Shown here piece after piece: positions 7,958 to 17,255 of a stretch of 64,000 nucleotides of DNA. This DNA is from an uncultured Acidobacteriota bacterium (GTDB taxonomy: Bacteria; Acidobacteriota; Thermoanaerobaculia; UBA5066). Location of the stretch: contig CAVZYA010000001.1 in NCBI GenBank assembly GCA_963779415.1, forward strand, positions 544,001-608,000, written 5' to 3'. Within the stretch, counting starts at the first letter, position 1. Each line of letters starts with the position of its first letter. The notes below the pieces were generated by a model. That model saw only the letters and a program-made list of their open reading frames with translations, made no database searches and was not told the origin of the DNA. The translations under genes were made by a program, and so were the position numbers.

Positions 7958-9805
7958 GTGATCGAAAACCAGCGACGCGCAGACGAGAGGCCTTTCAGCG
8001 TCCCTCGGTCGAAACAGGAGATCCTCGGGGATCTCGAGACATTGATCGCGGAGAGAAAGCTCTTCGGCGCGGAGCTGAACCCGACGATTCTCAAGAAGAG
8101 CGGCAAGGGAGCGCGATTTCTCGTCAGCAAGGTTCCCTCGCGGCGAAAGCTCCTTCGGAGCTGGAGGGCCCTCTTCGAGGACCGGATCCCGCCCGCCGCC
8201 CTCTTCCGGGCCCTCGGTCCCCGCTACGGCGAGTTCTCGCACCGGGAGAGCCTCCTCCTCTTCGGCAGGAACCGCATCCTCTACGACACGCAGATTCTCG
8301 AGGGCGAGGAGAGCGTCGGCGAGGTGACGCTCAGCTTCGCGTCTCTCCCGGATCCGGCGCTCGGGCTCACGGCCTTTCTCCGGGGCCGCCGCATCAGGGT
8401 CGTCTACATCGACCACATCCGCGTGAACGCGCAGCGCTCCGGCTACGCCGCGACGCTGTTCCGCCACTACGAGGGGCTCTTCCGGGACCTGGGCTTCCGC
8501 GAGTTCCGGCTGAACGCGTCTCTTTCCATCGGTCGGTACTACTGGGGAAAGGAAGGATTCGATTTCGCCGACAGGTCCGAGGTCGAAAGGAGAAAGCAGG
8601 CCCTGCGTACTCTCGTCCGGGAGAAGGGCCTTCCCGTGCGCGAGATCGAGATCGGGCGTCTGAACCACCCGTTCGATCTCGCCGGGTTCCGGAAGGACCT
8701 GAGGATCCCCGTCTACCGGGATGCCGACGGATACCACTCGCTGACGGCCGATGAGCGGTTCACCGAGGAGGTCCAGCTGCCGCTGGGCAAGGCCTTCCTT
8801 CTCGCCTCGGCACCCTGGGAGGGGTACAAGACGATCTACACGAAGACACCCCGGAGGACGGGCTTCGTGACCTCTCCCGAATACCTTCGGCACCAGACCC
8901 GTGCCGGCCACCCGGAAAGCCACAAACGGCTCCGCGCCCTTCTCGCGGCCATCGAGAAGGAGGACCTCCGGAGGAGCCTCGTCTTCCTTCCTCCCTACGT
9001 CCCCGACCTCGAGTTCCTCGGGACGGTCCATGCCCCCGAGTACCTCGAGAGGTTCCGCGAGAGCGTCCGGAACGGAGACAAGATCTTCTCAACGAGAGAC
9101 TGCTCGATCTCGGCCGCGACCTGGGACGTCGCCCTTCTCGCGGCCGGCGGCGCGATGGCCGGCGTCGACGCCGTCATGAACGGGAGGGTCAAGAACGTCT
9201 TCTGCGCCGTGAGGCCCCCGGGGCATCACGCGGGACGGGCGTCCACGATGGGATTCTGCTTCATCAACAACGTGGCGGTCGGCGCCGTCTACGCACGGGC
9301 CGTCTACGGCGTCGAACGGATCTTCATCCTCGACTGGGACGTCCACCACGGAAACGGGACGCAGGCGATCTTCGAGGCGGACCCCCTGACGTACTACTGC
9401 AGCATCCACGAGCACCCGACCTTCTGCTTTCCGGGGACGGGACGGCGGATGGAGCGGGGAACGGGGGCGGGAGCAGGGTTCACGCTGAACCTGCCGCTCA
9501 AGCCGTTCGCGGGGGACGAGGAGCTGGTGGAGACCTTCGAGAGGGAGGTCGTCCCGGAGATCGACCGGTTCCGGCCCGGCCTGATCATGATCTCCGCGGG
9601 GTTCGACGGACACGACAACGACCCGATCGCCGACCTCCGGCTCACGAGGGAGTCATTCATCCACATGACGCGGAGGCTCTGCGAGCTGGCGGACCGCCAT
9701 TGCGCCGGCCGCATCGTCTCGGTTCTCGAAGGAGGGTACGAGGGCCCCTGGTTCGCCTCGTCGGTCCTCGCCCATCTCCTGACGCTTCAGGGAAGGAGCC
9801 AATAA
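7958..9805 (+). CDS. Fusion of N-terminal GNAT-like domain and Zn-dependent HDAC-family deacetylase
   Basis: HDAC motifs HPES..RL, RPPGHHA, GFC..NN, DWDVHHGNGT, SAGFD, LEGGY. The N-terminal ~300 aa contain IDHIRV-NAQRSGYAATL...GRYYWGKEGFDF (GNAT motif A/B-like). GTG 7958 preferred over 7910. Confidence 0.85.
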   Translation: MIENQRRADERPFSVPRSKQEILGDLETLIAERKLFGAELNPTILKKSGKGARFLVSKVPSRRKLLRSWRALFEDRIPPAALFRALGPRYGEFSHRESLLLFGRNRILYDTQILEGEESVGEVTLSFASLPDPALGLTAFLRGRRIRVVYIDHIRVNAQRSGYAATLFRHYEGLFRDLGFREFRLNASLSIGRYYWGKEGFDFADRSEVERRKQALRTLVREKGLPVREIEIGRLNHPFDLAGFRKDLRIPVYRDADGYHSLTADERFTEEVQLPLGKAFLLASAPWEGYKTIYTKTPRRTGFVTSPEYLRHQTRAGHPESHKRLRALLAAIEKEDLRRSLVFLPPYVPDLEFLGTVHAPEYLERFRESVRNGDKIFSTRDCSISAATWDVALLAAGGAMAGVDAVMNGRVKNVFCAVRPPGHHAGRASTMGFCFINNVAVGAVYARAVYGVERIFILDWDVHHGNGTQAIFEADPLTYYCSIHEHPTFCFPGTGRRMERGTGAGAGFTLNLPLKPFAGDEELVETFEREVVPEIDRFRPGLIMISAGFDGHDNDPIADLRLTRESFIHMTRRLCELADRHCAGRIVSVLEGGYEGPWFASSVLAHLLTLQGRSQ

Positions 9806-10440
9806 TGTTCGTCGGCAAGCGGATGACAAAGAACGTGATCACGGTCTCGCCGGGAGACACCCTGAAATTCGCCAGCCACGCCCTGATGGAGAACCGGATC
9901 CATCAGCTCCCGGTCGTGGAGAACGGCGAGCTGGTCGGCTTCGTGTCGGGCACGGACATCCGCAACTCGACCTTCGAGACCTCGACGGTCACGCAGCTCG
10001 GAAAGATCCTCGTGAAGAACCGGACCGTCGCGGAGATCATGATGCGCGACGTCGTCACGGTGATGCCGGAGGACACGATCGAAGACGCGCTCCTCGTCAT
10101 CCACAAGAGGAAGCTCGGGGCCCTCCCCGTCGTGGAGGGGCGGAAGCTGGTCGGGATCATCACGAAGCGGGACCTCCTGGCGGCCTTCTGCGACGCCCTC
10201 AAGATCGAGGAGCCGGGGGTCCGGATCGAGGTCATCCTCCCACGCGGGGCCGCTTCCCTCGTCCCCCTCGTTCGGAAGCTCGCGGACATGGAGGCCGAGA
10301 TCTGGAGCCTGATCCTTTCGCCCGTCCCCGGCGGCTTCCTCGCCCTCGTCCGCCTCGCCACGATCGACGCGGGTGGCGTTCGGAGGGCCCTTCGCGATGC
10401 CGGCTTCATCGTCCCGGACGTGGCGGACTTCCTGAAGTAG
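9805..10440 (+). CDS. acuB: AcuB-like CBS-pair + ACT protein
   Basis: MFVGKRMT...IHQLPVV...GALPVV...GIIT CBS pair plus C-terminal ACT-like region; TAATG coupling to the deacetylase. Confidence 0.8.
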   Translation: MFVGKRMTKNVITVSPGDTLKFASHALMENRIHQLPVVENGELVGFVSGTDIRNSTFETSTVTQLGKILVKNRTVAEIMMRDVVTVMPEDTIEDALLVIHKRKLGALPVVEGRKLVGIITKRDLLAAFCDALKIEEPGVRIEVILPRGAASLVPLVRKLADMEAEIWSLILSPVPGGFLALVRLATIDAGGVRRALRDAGFIVPDVADFLK

Positions 10441-10461
10441 CGGCCCGCCGGAAGGCTCCCG

Positions 10462-11796
10462 CTACCGGAGCTGATAGCCTTTCATCTTCCGCCAGAGGGT
10501 ATTGCGCGAGATGCCGAGTGTGGCCGCGGCCCGGCCCCGGTGGCCGCCGTGCCGCGCGATCGCGTCGCGGATGGTCTCCGCCTCGGCCTGCTCCAGGGGA
10601 CTCGCGCCGGGGGGGGCCGCGATCGCCGGCGCGCCGGGGAGCGAGGCGATCTGGGAGGGGAGGTCGGAGACCTCGATGATCGAGCCGCCGCAGACCACGA
10701 AGGCGTGCTCGATGGCGTTTTCGAGCTCCCGCACGTTCCCGGGAAACGAATGGGACATGAGGCGCGCCATCGCCGTCACCGAGATACCCGAGATGCGCCT
10801 CCCCTGCGCGGCGTTGAAGCGCGCGATGAACCGCTCGACGAGGAGCGGGATGTCCTCTGGGCGGCTCCGGAGCGGCGGCAGGGTCAGCCGGACGATGTTC
10901 AGGCGGAAGTAGAGGTCCTGGCGGAAGCGCCGGTTCATCACCTCCGCCGCGAGGTCGCGGTTGGTCGCGGCAATGATCCGTACGTCGGCCTTCGCCGGCT
11001 TGACGGCGCCGAGCGGCGTGTACTCCCGCTCCTGAAGGACCCGCAGAAGCTTGACCTGTATGGCCGGCGACAGCTCGCCGACCTCGTCGAGGAGGAGCGT
11101 CCCTCCCTGCGCGAGGGCGAAACGGCCGGGCTTGTCCTTCTTGGCGTCGGTGAAGGCGCCGCGGACGTAGCCGAACAGCTCCGATTCCACGAGGGAGTCC
11201 GGGATGGCGCCGCAGTTGACCGCGACGAAGGGCTTTCGGGAGCGCGCCCCGAGGTTGTGGATCGCCCTCGCGACGAGCTCCTTTCCGGTGCCGGGCTCCC
11301 CCTCGATCAGGACGGTCGCGTCGCTCCGGGCGATGAGCGGCAGCATGTCGCGCACATGACGCATCGCCGCGCTCTTGGAGATGACGTCATCCGACTTGTA
11401 GCTGGCTTTCAGCTGGCGACGCAGCTCGGCGACCTCGGAGAGGTCGCGGAACATCTCGACCCCCCCGATCACCTGTCCGTCCTCGCCACGCAGCGCCGCC
11501 GTGCTGACGGCGATCGGAACGGAGCGCCCCTCCTTCCGGAGGATCGAGACCTCGCTGTCGGCATGGCTCTGGCCGGCCCGCATGCTGTCGCGCAAGAGGC
11601 AGTTCCTCTCGCATCCGGTGCTCCGGAGCACATCGCCACAGAAGCGCCCCAGAACCTCTTCCCGGCCGTAGCCCGTGATCTCCTCCGCCGTCCGATTGAA
11701 GGCCGTGATCCGGCAGTCGCCGTCTACGGTGAAGATCGCGTGCGGGATGGAGTTGAAGATCAGGTTCGCGTACCTGATGACGAGAGCCCGCTGCAT
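10462..11796 (-). CDS. PAS-containing sigma54-dependent transcriptional activator
   Basis: PAS, Walker A GEPGTGKE, ESELFG..GAFTDA, LLDEVGEL, Fis-type HTH LGISRNTLWRK. Confidence 0.95.
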   Translation of the reverse strand: MQRALVIRYANLIFNSIPHAIFTVDGDCRITAFNRTAEEITGYGREEVLGRFCGDVLRSTGCERNCLLRDSMRAGQSHADSEVSILRKEGRSVPIAVSTAALRGEDGQVIGGVEMFRDLSEVAELRRQLKASYKSDDVISKSAAMRHVRDMLPLIARSDATVLIEGEPGTGKELVARAIHNLGARSRKPFVAVNCGAIPDSLVESELFGYVRGAFTDAKKDKPGRFALAQGGTLLLDEVGELSPAIQVKLLRVLQEREYTPLGAVKPAKADVRIIAATNRDLAAEVMNRRFRQDLYFRLNIVRLTLPPLRSRPEDIPLLVERFIARFNAAQGRRISGISVTAMARLMSHSFPGNVRELENAIEHAFVVCGGSIIEVSDLPSQIASLPGAPAIAAPPGASPLEQAEAETIRDAIARHGGHRGRAAATLGISRNTLWRKMKGYQLR

Positions 11797-11847
11797 GTCG
11801 GCAATCTAACTCCTATGCTCCAGAAGTGCAACAACAGATGAAGAGAC

Positions 11848-11863
11848 GTCTCGAATCCGAGAC
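11848..11863. promoter_or_regulatory. Inverted repeat GTCTCG-N4-CGAGAC, candidate enhancer (UAS) for the adjacent activator
   Basis: Perfect 6-bp arms about 90 bp upstream of the -24 box. Confidence 0.5.
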
Positions 11864-11948
11864 ACCACAATCGCAGCTGTTCAGACAAGAGGCCGTGTTT
11901 TCGAAAGCCAACACATTGTCAACGAAGAAGATGCCGCCGCCGCCCCGA

Positions 11949-11963
11949 TGGCACGTTGATTGC
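11949..11963 (+). promoter_or_regulatory. sigma54 -24/-12 promoter
   Basis: TGGCACGTTGATTGC equals the consensus TGGCACG-N4-TTGC; upstream of the redox operon and next to a divergent activator gene. Confidence 0.9.
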
Positions 11964-12006
11964 CATAGAGGACCATGCGGGACGAACCGCAGCGCGGAGG
12001 GCTCGA

Positions 12007-13398
12007 ATGGCGCTAACAACTTCCTATTACATGGAGGCGGTCGACACGAAGAACCTCCCGGAGAGGTTCCTCGAGGCATTCGCCGCGATTCTTTCTCACT
12101 CGAACTACGCCGCCGTTCTCGACCTCTATGCCCGGATGAGCACGCGATGCGGACGCTGCGCCGCGAGCTGTCCGGTCTACGAGGCCTCCTGCGATCCGCG
12201 GGACATTCCGTGCAAGAGGTCGGAGCTGCTCCTCGACGTCTTCACCCGCTACTTCACCCCTCTCGGCGCCCTCAAGGCGCGCTTCGGCACTCCCTTCACC
12301 CTCACGGAGGAGCACATCAACAGGCTGGCAGAGGATCTCTACCGCTGCACCGCCTGCCGCCGGTGCAAGCTCGAGTGCCCGCTGGGGATCGACCACGCGA
12401 TGATCACCCACCTCGGCCGCTGGGTCCTTGCGGAGGTCGGCATCATTCCGAAGGCGCTCAAGGTGGCGGTGCGGGAGCAACTGGACGGAAAGACGCACAA
12501 CACGTCGGCGATTCCCGAGGCGGCGCTGCGCGACACGTGCGAGTTCCTCACGGACGACTGCAAGGACACCTGGGGGATGAAGATCGAGTTCCCGATCGAC
12601 CGGGAGGGGTCGGAATACGTCTTCTTCCCGGCGGTATCCGATTACCTCCTGGAGCCCGACACGCTGACGGGAAACTCCGCGGTCCTCACCGCGGCCGGCG
12701 CCTCCTGGACCATCGGCTCGCGTTACTTCGACGGGATCAACTACGGCCTCTTCTACTCCGACCGGATGCTCGACCGGATCCTGCAGCAGGAGGTCGCGGA
12801 GGTCCGCCGCCTCGGGGCACGCAAGATCCTGATCGGAGAGTGCGGGCACGCCTCGCGCTCGGCCAAGTTCTTCGTCCGGACTTTCGGCGGCGGCCGGAAC
12901 GCTCCCGAGGTGGTCAACATCATGGAGTACACGCTGAGGGCGCTTCGGGAGGGGAAGCTGGCCCTTAAGGCCGGTTCGATCGGCGAGCGCGTGACGTATC
13001 ACGATCCCTGCAACATCGCCCGATCGGGCTGGGTTGTAGAACAGCCACGCGAGATCCTTCGCGCCATCTGCTCGGACTTCGTCGAGATGACGCCGCACGG
13101 CCGCGAGAACTACTGCTGCGGGGGCGGAAGCGGGACCGTCTCCATCGACGAGATCCGCTCCTTCCGGACGCTCGTCGGCGGCAAGACCAAGGCGGAACAG
13201 ATCCGCCGCACCGGCGCCACCGTCCTGGTCGCCCCCTGCGCCAACTGCAAGAAGCAGCTCCGCGAGGTCTGCGAAGACCACGGCCTCAAGGACGTCCGGG
13301 TCGTCGGGTTGCACGATCTCCTCTTGCCGGCCCTCCAACCGCCTGCGGCCATGCGCGTCGAAAAACCGGCGGCCGACGAAGCCGCGAAGGGGGCGTGA
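12007..13398 (+). CDS. HdrD-like Fe-S/CCG-domain protein (HmcF/TmcB/DsrK family)
   Basis: CxxCxxxCP and CTACRRCKLECP clusters, ECGHA, YHDPCN, CCGGG, APCANC; GGAGG RBS. Confidence 0.85.
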   Translation: MALTTSYYMEAVDTKNLPERFLEAFAAILSHSNYAAVLDLYARMSTRCGRCAASCPVYEASCDPRDIPCKRSELLLDVFTRYFTPLGALKARFGTPFTLTEEHINRLAEDLYRCTACRRCKLECPLGIDHAMITHLGRWVLAEVGIIPKALKVAVREQLDGKTHNTSAIPEAALRDTCEFLTDDCKDTWGMKIEFPIDREGSEYVFFPAVSDYLLEPDTLTGNSAVLTAAGASWTIGSRYFDGINYGLFYSDRMLDRILQQEVAEVRRLGARKILIGECGHASRSAKFFVRTFGGGRNAPEVVNIMEYTLRALREGKLALKAGSIGERVTYHDPCNIARSGWVVEQPREILRAICSDFVEMTPHGRENYCCGGGSGTVSIDEIRSFRTLVGGKTKAEQIRRTGATVLVAPCANCKKQLREVCEDHGLKDVRVVGLHDLLLPALQPPAAMRVEKPAADEAAKGA

Positions 13399-13401
13399 CG
13401 C

Positions 13402-14103
13402 GTGGACGCCTGGATCGCCCTCGCGCGGGGCCCCCTCTTTCGCATCTCCCTCGCGGTCTGCGTGCTCGGCCTTCTCTACCGTGTCGGCGTCGCCTGCTAC
13501 TCCCTCCTGCGCGCGTGGCAGAGAGCGGGAGACCGGCTCCTGCCGCTCTCCGCGATCCGCCGCGCGACCCTGGAGTGGTTGGTGCCACGCCGTCTCCTCA
13601 AGGCGAGGCCGCTCTACTCGATCGCCTCGTTCGCGTTTCACGTCGGCATCATCGTCGTGCCGCTCTTCCTCGCCGGACACGTCCTCCTCTGGCAGCGCGA
13701 CCTGCCGGTCGCCTGGCTTGTGCTCCCCGCCTTCTGGGCCGACCTCCTGACCCTCCTCGCCACGGCGGCGCTCTTCGGTGTCCTCGTCGCCCGGGCCGTG
13801 ACGAAGGAGAGCCGCTTCCTGACGCAGACGCAGGACGTCGTGGTGCTCCTCCTCCTCGCAGGGGTGCTCGTCGCCGGCTTTCTCGCATCCCATCCGGGCC
13901 TCGCTCCGTTCGACGCACGGGCGCTGCTCCTAGCCCACGTCCTCCTCGGAGATCTGGTGCTGATCCTGACGCCCTTGACCAAGATCGTGCACTGCGTCCT
14001 CTTCCCATTCATGCAGCTCGCCGGAGAGATCGGCTGGCACTTCCCCGCCGAGAGCGGCCGCCACGTGGCGCTCGCCCTCGGCAAGGAGGGTGAGCGGATA
14101 TGA
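13402..14103 (+). CDS. NarI-like membrane di-heme b cytochrome (HmcE-like)
   Basis: About 5 TM helices with paired His (FHVG...AGH; LAH...TKIVH). Confidence 0.8.
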   Translation: MDAWIALARGPLFRISLAVCVLGLLYRVGVACYSLLRAWQRAGDRLLPLSAIRRATLEWLVPRRLLKARPLYSIASFAFHVGIIVVPLFLAGHVLLWQRDLPVAWLVLPAFWADLLTLLATAALFGVLVARAVTKESRFLTQTQDVVVLLLLAGVLVAGFLASHPGLAPFDARALLLAHVLLGDLVLILTPLTKIVHCVLFPFMQLAGEIGWHFPAESGRHVALALGKEGERI

Positions 14104-14909
14104 GCGCCTGGGGCATCCTGACCGACGTTACGAAGTGCATCGGCTGCGAGGAGTGCGTCGCCGCTTGCAAGCGGACGAACGCGACCGGAGAGGACGAGCC
14201 GTGGAGCTGGCAGGGCTCACCCGGGGATCTCTCGTCGACGCGGTGGACGACGATCGTCTCCGCGCCGCGCGGACGCTCCGTCCGCGTCCACTGTCGCCAC
14301 TGCCTCGAGCCGGCCTGTGCCTCGGCCTGTCCGGTGGGAGCGCTCCGCCGGACGAAGGAAGGCGCGGTCGCTTACGACGCGGACATCTGCATGGGCTGCC
14401 GCTACTGCATGATCGCCTGCCCGTTCAAGATGACCCGCTACGAGTGGGAGTCGGCCACCCCCCGGGTCCGCAAGTGCATCCTCTGCTACGACCGGATCCG
14501 TAAAGGCGAGATCAGGGAGCCGGCCTGTACGGCCGCCTGCCCGACGAAGGCGACGATCTTCGGCGACCGGGACACCCTCCTCGCCGAAGCCCGCCGCCGC
14601 ATCGCGGAGGAGCCGGGCCGATACGTCCACCACATCTGGGGCGAGCACGAAGTGGGAGGGACCTCAGTCCTCTACCTTTCCGACGTCAACCTCTCCACGG
14701 CTGGCTGGCCCTCTTCGCTGCGCGACACTTCGTATCCGGCGCTCACGCATCCGGCCATGCACGCCGTCCCTCCCGCGTTTCTCGGCGTGGGCGCCGTGAT
14801 GTTCGGCCTCTCGTGGGTGATCGGCCGCCGGGAGCGCCTCGCCCGGGAGGGGGATCCGGAAACTCCGCCGCACGAGAAAGGCAACACGCCTCCGAAGGCT
14901 ACGCCATGA
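14100..14909 (+). CDS. 4x[4Fe-4S] electron-transfer subunit (HmcB/HybA-like)
   Basis: CIGCEECVAAC, CRHCLEPACASACP, CMGCRYCMIACP, CILC...ACTAACP; C-terminal TM; no Tat leader. Confidence 0.9.
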   Translation: MSAWGILTDVTKCIGCEECVAACKRTNATGEDEPWSWQGSPGDLSSTRWTTIVSAPRGRSVRVHCRHCLEPACASACPVGALRRTKEGAVAYDADICMGCRYCMIACPFKMTRYEWESATPRVRKCILCYDRIRKGEIREPACTAACPTKATIFGDRDTLLAEARRRIAEEPGRYVHHIWGEHEVGGTSVLYLSDVNLSTAGWPSSLRDTSYPALTHPAMHAVPPAFLGVGAVMFGLSWVIGRRERLAREGDPETPPHEKGNTPPKATP

Positions 14910-16832
14910 GCACGCCCGTCAACATCCGCCTGGCCACGACCAAGGCCGTCCTCTGGCTCCTCGTCGGCGTGGCGACCGCCGTGGCGGCGGTGCGCTACGC
15001 GTACGGCCTCGGCCTGACAACGGCCCTCACGGACCTCACCCCCTGGGGTCTCTGGATCGGACTCGACGTCATGGCCGGTGTGGCGCTCGCCGCCGGGGGC
15101 TTCGTCATCGCGGCCACCGTGTACGTCTTTCACCGCGAGCGCTACCACGCTCTCGTCCGGCCCGCCGTCCTGACGGCTTTCCTCGGTTACGTGGCGGTCG
15201 TCCTCGGACTGCTCGTCGACCTCGGCCGGCCCTGGAACATCTGGCGAATGACCGTCCGCTGGCAGCCAACCTCCGCCCTCTTCGAGGTCGGCTGGTGCGT
15301 GATGCTCTACCTGACCGTCCTGACCCTCGAGTTCGCCCCGGTCGTCTTCGAGGGCTTGCGCTGGAATCGAGCTTTCGCTCTGCTCAAGCGCGCGACCCTC
15401 CCCCTCGTCATCGTCGGCATCGCTCTCTCCACGCTGCACCAGTCCTCCCTCGGGACGCTCCTCGTCATCGCACCCGAACGCCTCCACCCGCTCTGGTACT
15501 CGCCCATCCTGCCTCTGCTTTTCCTCGTCTCGGCCATCGGCCTCGGGCTCGCCACCGTCGTCGTGGAGGATGTAACGAGCACGTGGCTCTACCGGCGGCA
15601 GCCGGAGTGGGACCTCCTGCCGGCCCTGACGCGCGCCTCGGCTCTGGTTCTTCTGCTCTACCTCGCGCTCCGTGTCGGCGACCTGGCTTTTCGCGGGACG
15701 CTGGCACGTGTCCTGGAAGGCTCGTGGTGGTCGGCGCTCTTCGTCGTCGAGCTGCTGGTGAGCGTCGTCGTCCCCGTCCTGATCTTCCTCCTCCCCTCGA
15801 CGCGCAAGAGCCCCCGCGCCCTCTCCGTGGGCGCTTTCCTCGTCATTTCGGGATTCGTCTTCAACCGGGCCATGGTGGGAGGGATCGCCCAGCTCGCCCG
15901 GACCCGGGACTTCTACGTCCCGGCGGCCACCGAGCTCGCCATCAGCCTCGGGATCATCGCGGTGATGGCGCTGGTCTTCATGTTCTTCGTGGAGCACCTC
16001 GGAGTTTGGGAGACGCCGCCAGCGGCACCCGACCACTTCCGGCCGGCCGTGACCGACCGGGCCTCGGCCGTGCGCCTCCGCGGGCCCTGGTTCGGAAGCG
16101 TGCAACGCTCGGGTCTCGCGTGGGTCGTCGGCGTCCTCCTCGGACTGGGGATCGTCTCGGCCGAAGTCCGTCACCGCGGCATGGTCCGGGCGACTCCCGT
16201 GGCTCCGCCCCGGACGGTCACCGTGGACCGGTCGGATCGCCCCGGGGGGCTTCTGCATCAGCTCCGGCTTCTCCCGGCGACGGCCACCGGAGAGACGACC
16301 GAGAACGCGCTCCTCCTCTCGGCGGCCGGGAGCGGGCGGTACGTCCTTTTCGAGCATGACCAGCACCAGAAGAGGCTCGGCGGCGTCTCTTCGTGCCGCC
16401 GATGCCATCACCTCAACCTGCCTCTCGACAAGGCGACGCCCTGCGCGTCGTGTCACCGCGACATGTACGCGGCGACCGACATTTTCGGGCACGAGCGGCA
16501 TGTCGTTTCCCTCGGCCGCAACGCCTCCTGCTCGAGGTGCCACGCTCCCGGAAGGGCGCAGACGAGGGAGGCGTCGACCCCCTGTGCGTCGTGCCATGCC
16601 GCGGAAGGCGGCCCGCCCGTCGGCCTTGGCGAGAGAAAGGATGCCGCCGGTATCGCGCCCGGCTATCGGCGAGTCCCTCCACTCCCTCTGCATCTCGTGC
16701 CATCGGTCCGAGGAGGCGCGGACCGGACGAAAGCCGTATCTCTCGCGCTGTCCGGCCTGTCATCGCGGGGCGGCCGCTGGCGACGAGAACCTCCGGGTCC
16801 GCGAAGGCGCGGTCCTCCTGGCGAGAAGATGA
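14906..16832 (+). CDS. NrfD/HybB (HmcC-like) membrane subunit fused to a six-heme c-type cytochrome; +1 frameshift near 16668
   Basis: PWGLWI, DLGRPW, LHQSSLG, HPLW motifs; then CRRCH, CASCH, CSRCH, CASCH and, after the frame change, CISCH, CPACH (ORF 16356..16832); ATGA overlap with the next gene. Confidence 0.8.
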
Positions 16833-17255
16833 TGCGCGAAATGCCGGCTCACCCACGCCCGCGGGTGGCGGTGGTCGATGACGAGCCAGACGTCCTGACG
16901 TTCGTGCGGCTCGCTCTCGACGACCGGGGGTTCGACGTCCTGACCCTCGACCGCGTCGCCGGAGCGCTTCCCGCGCCTCCACGCCTTCGCCCCGGACGCG
17001 GTCTGCCTCGACCTCTTGATGCCGGAGCGGACGGGACTCTCGCTCCTCGTCGAGATCCGGAAGGATCCCGATCTGGCGAAGGTCCCGGTGCTCATCCTCT
17101 CGGCACTCAACGCCCGGGAGGAGCTCCTCGCGACCCTCCGCCGCGAGGGACTCGGCCCGGAGCCTGCCGCCTTCGTCGAGAAGCCGCTGGATATGGAGTC
17201 GCTGGTCCGGGCCTTGCGCGAGTGCCTGGGGATCGCGGTAGGAGGTGGGCCATGA
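16829..17255 (+). CDS. Single-domain response regulator; +1 frameshift near 16976
   Basis: VAVVDDEP ... CLDLLMPERTG ... ILSA ... FVEKP split over two frames. Confidence 0.75.

Noticed and set aside
12007-14103. Calling these dsrK/dsrM and inferring sulfate reduction
   Set aside because: Family-level similarity only; no dsrAB/C/J in the window, and the partners are HybA/HybB-like as in Hmc.
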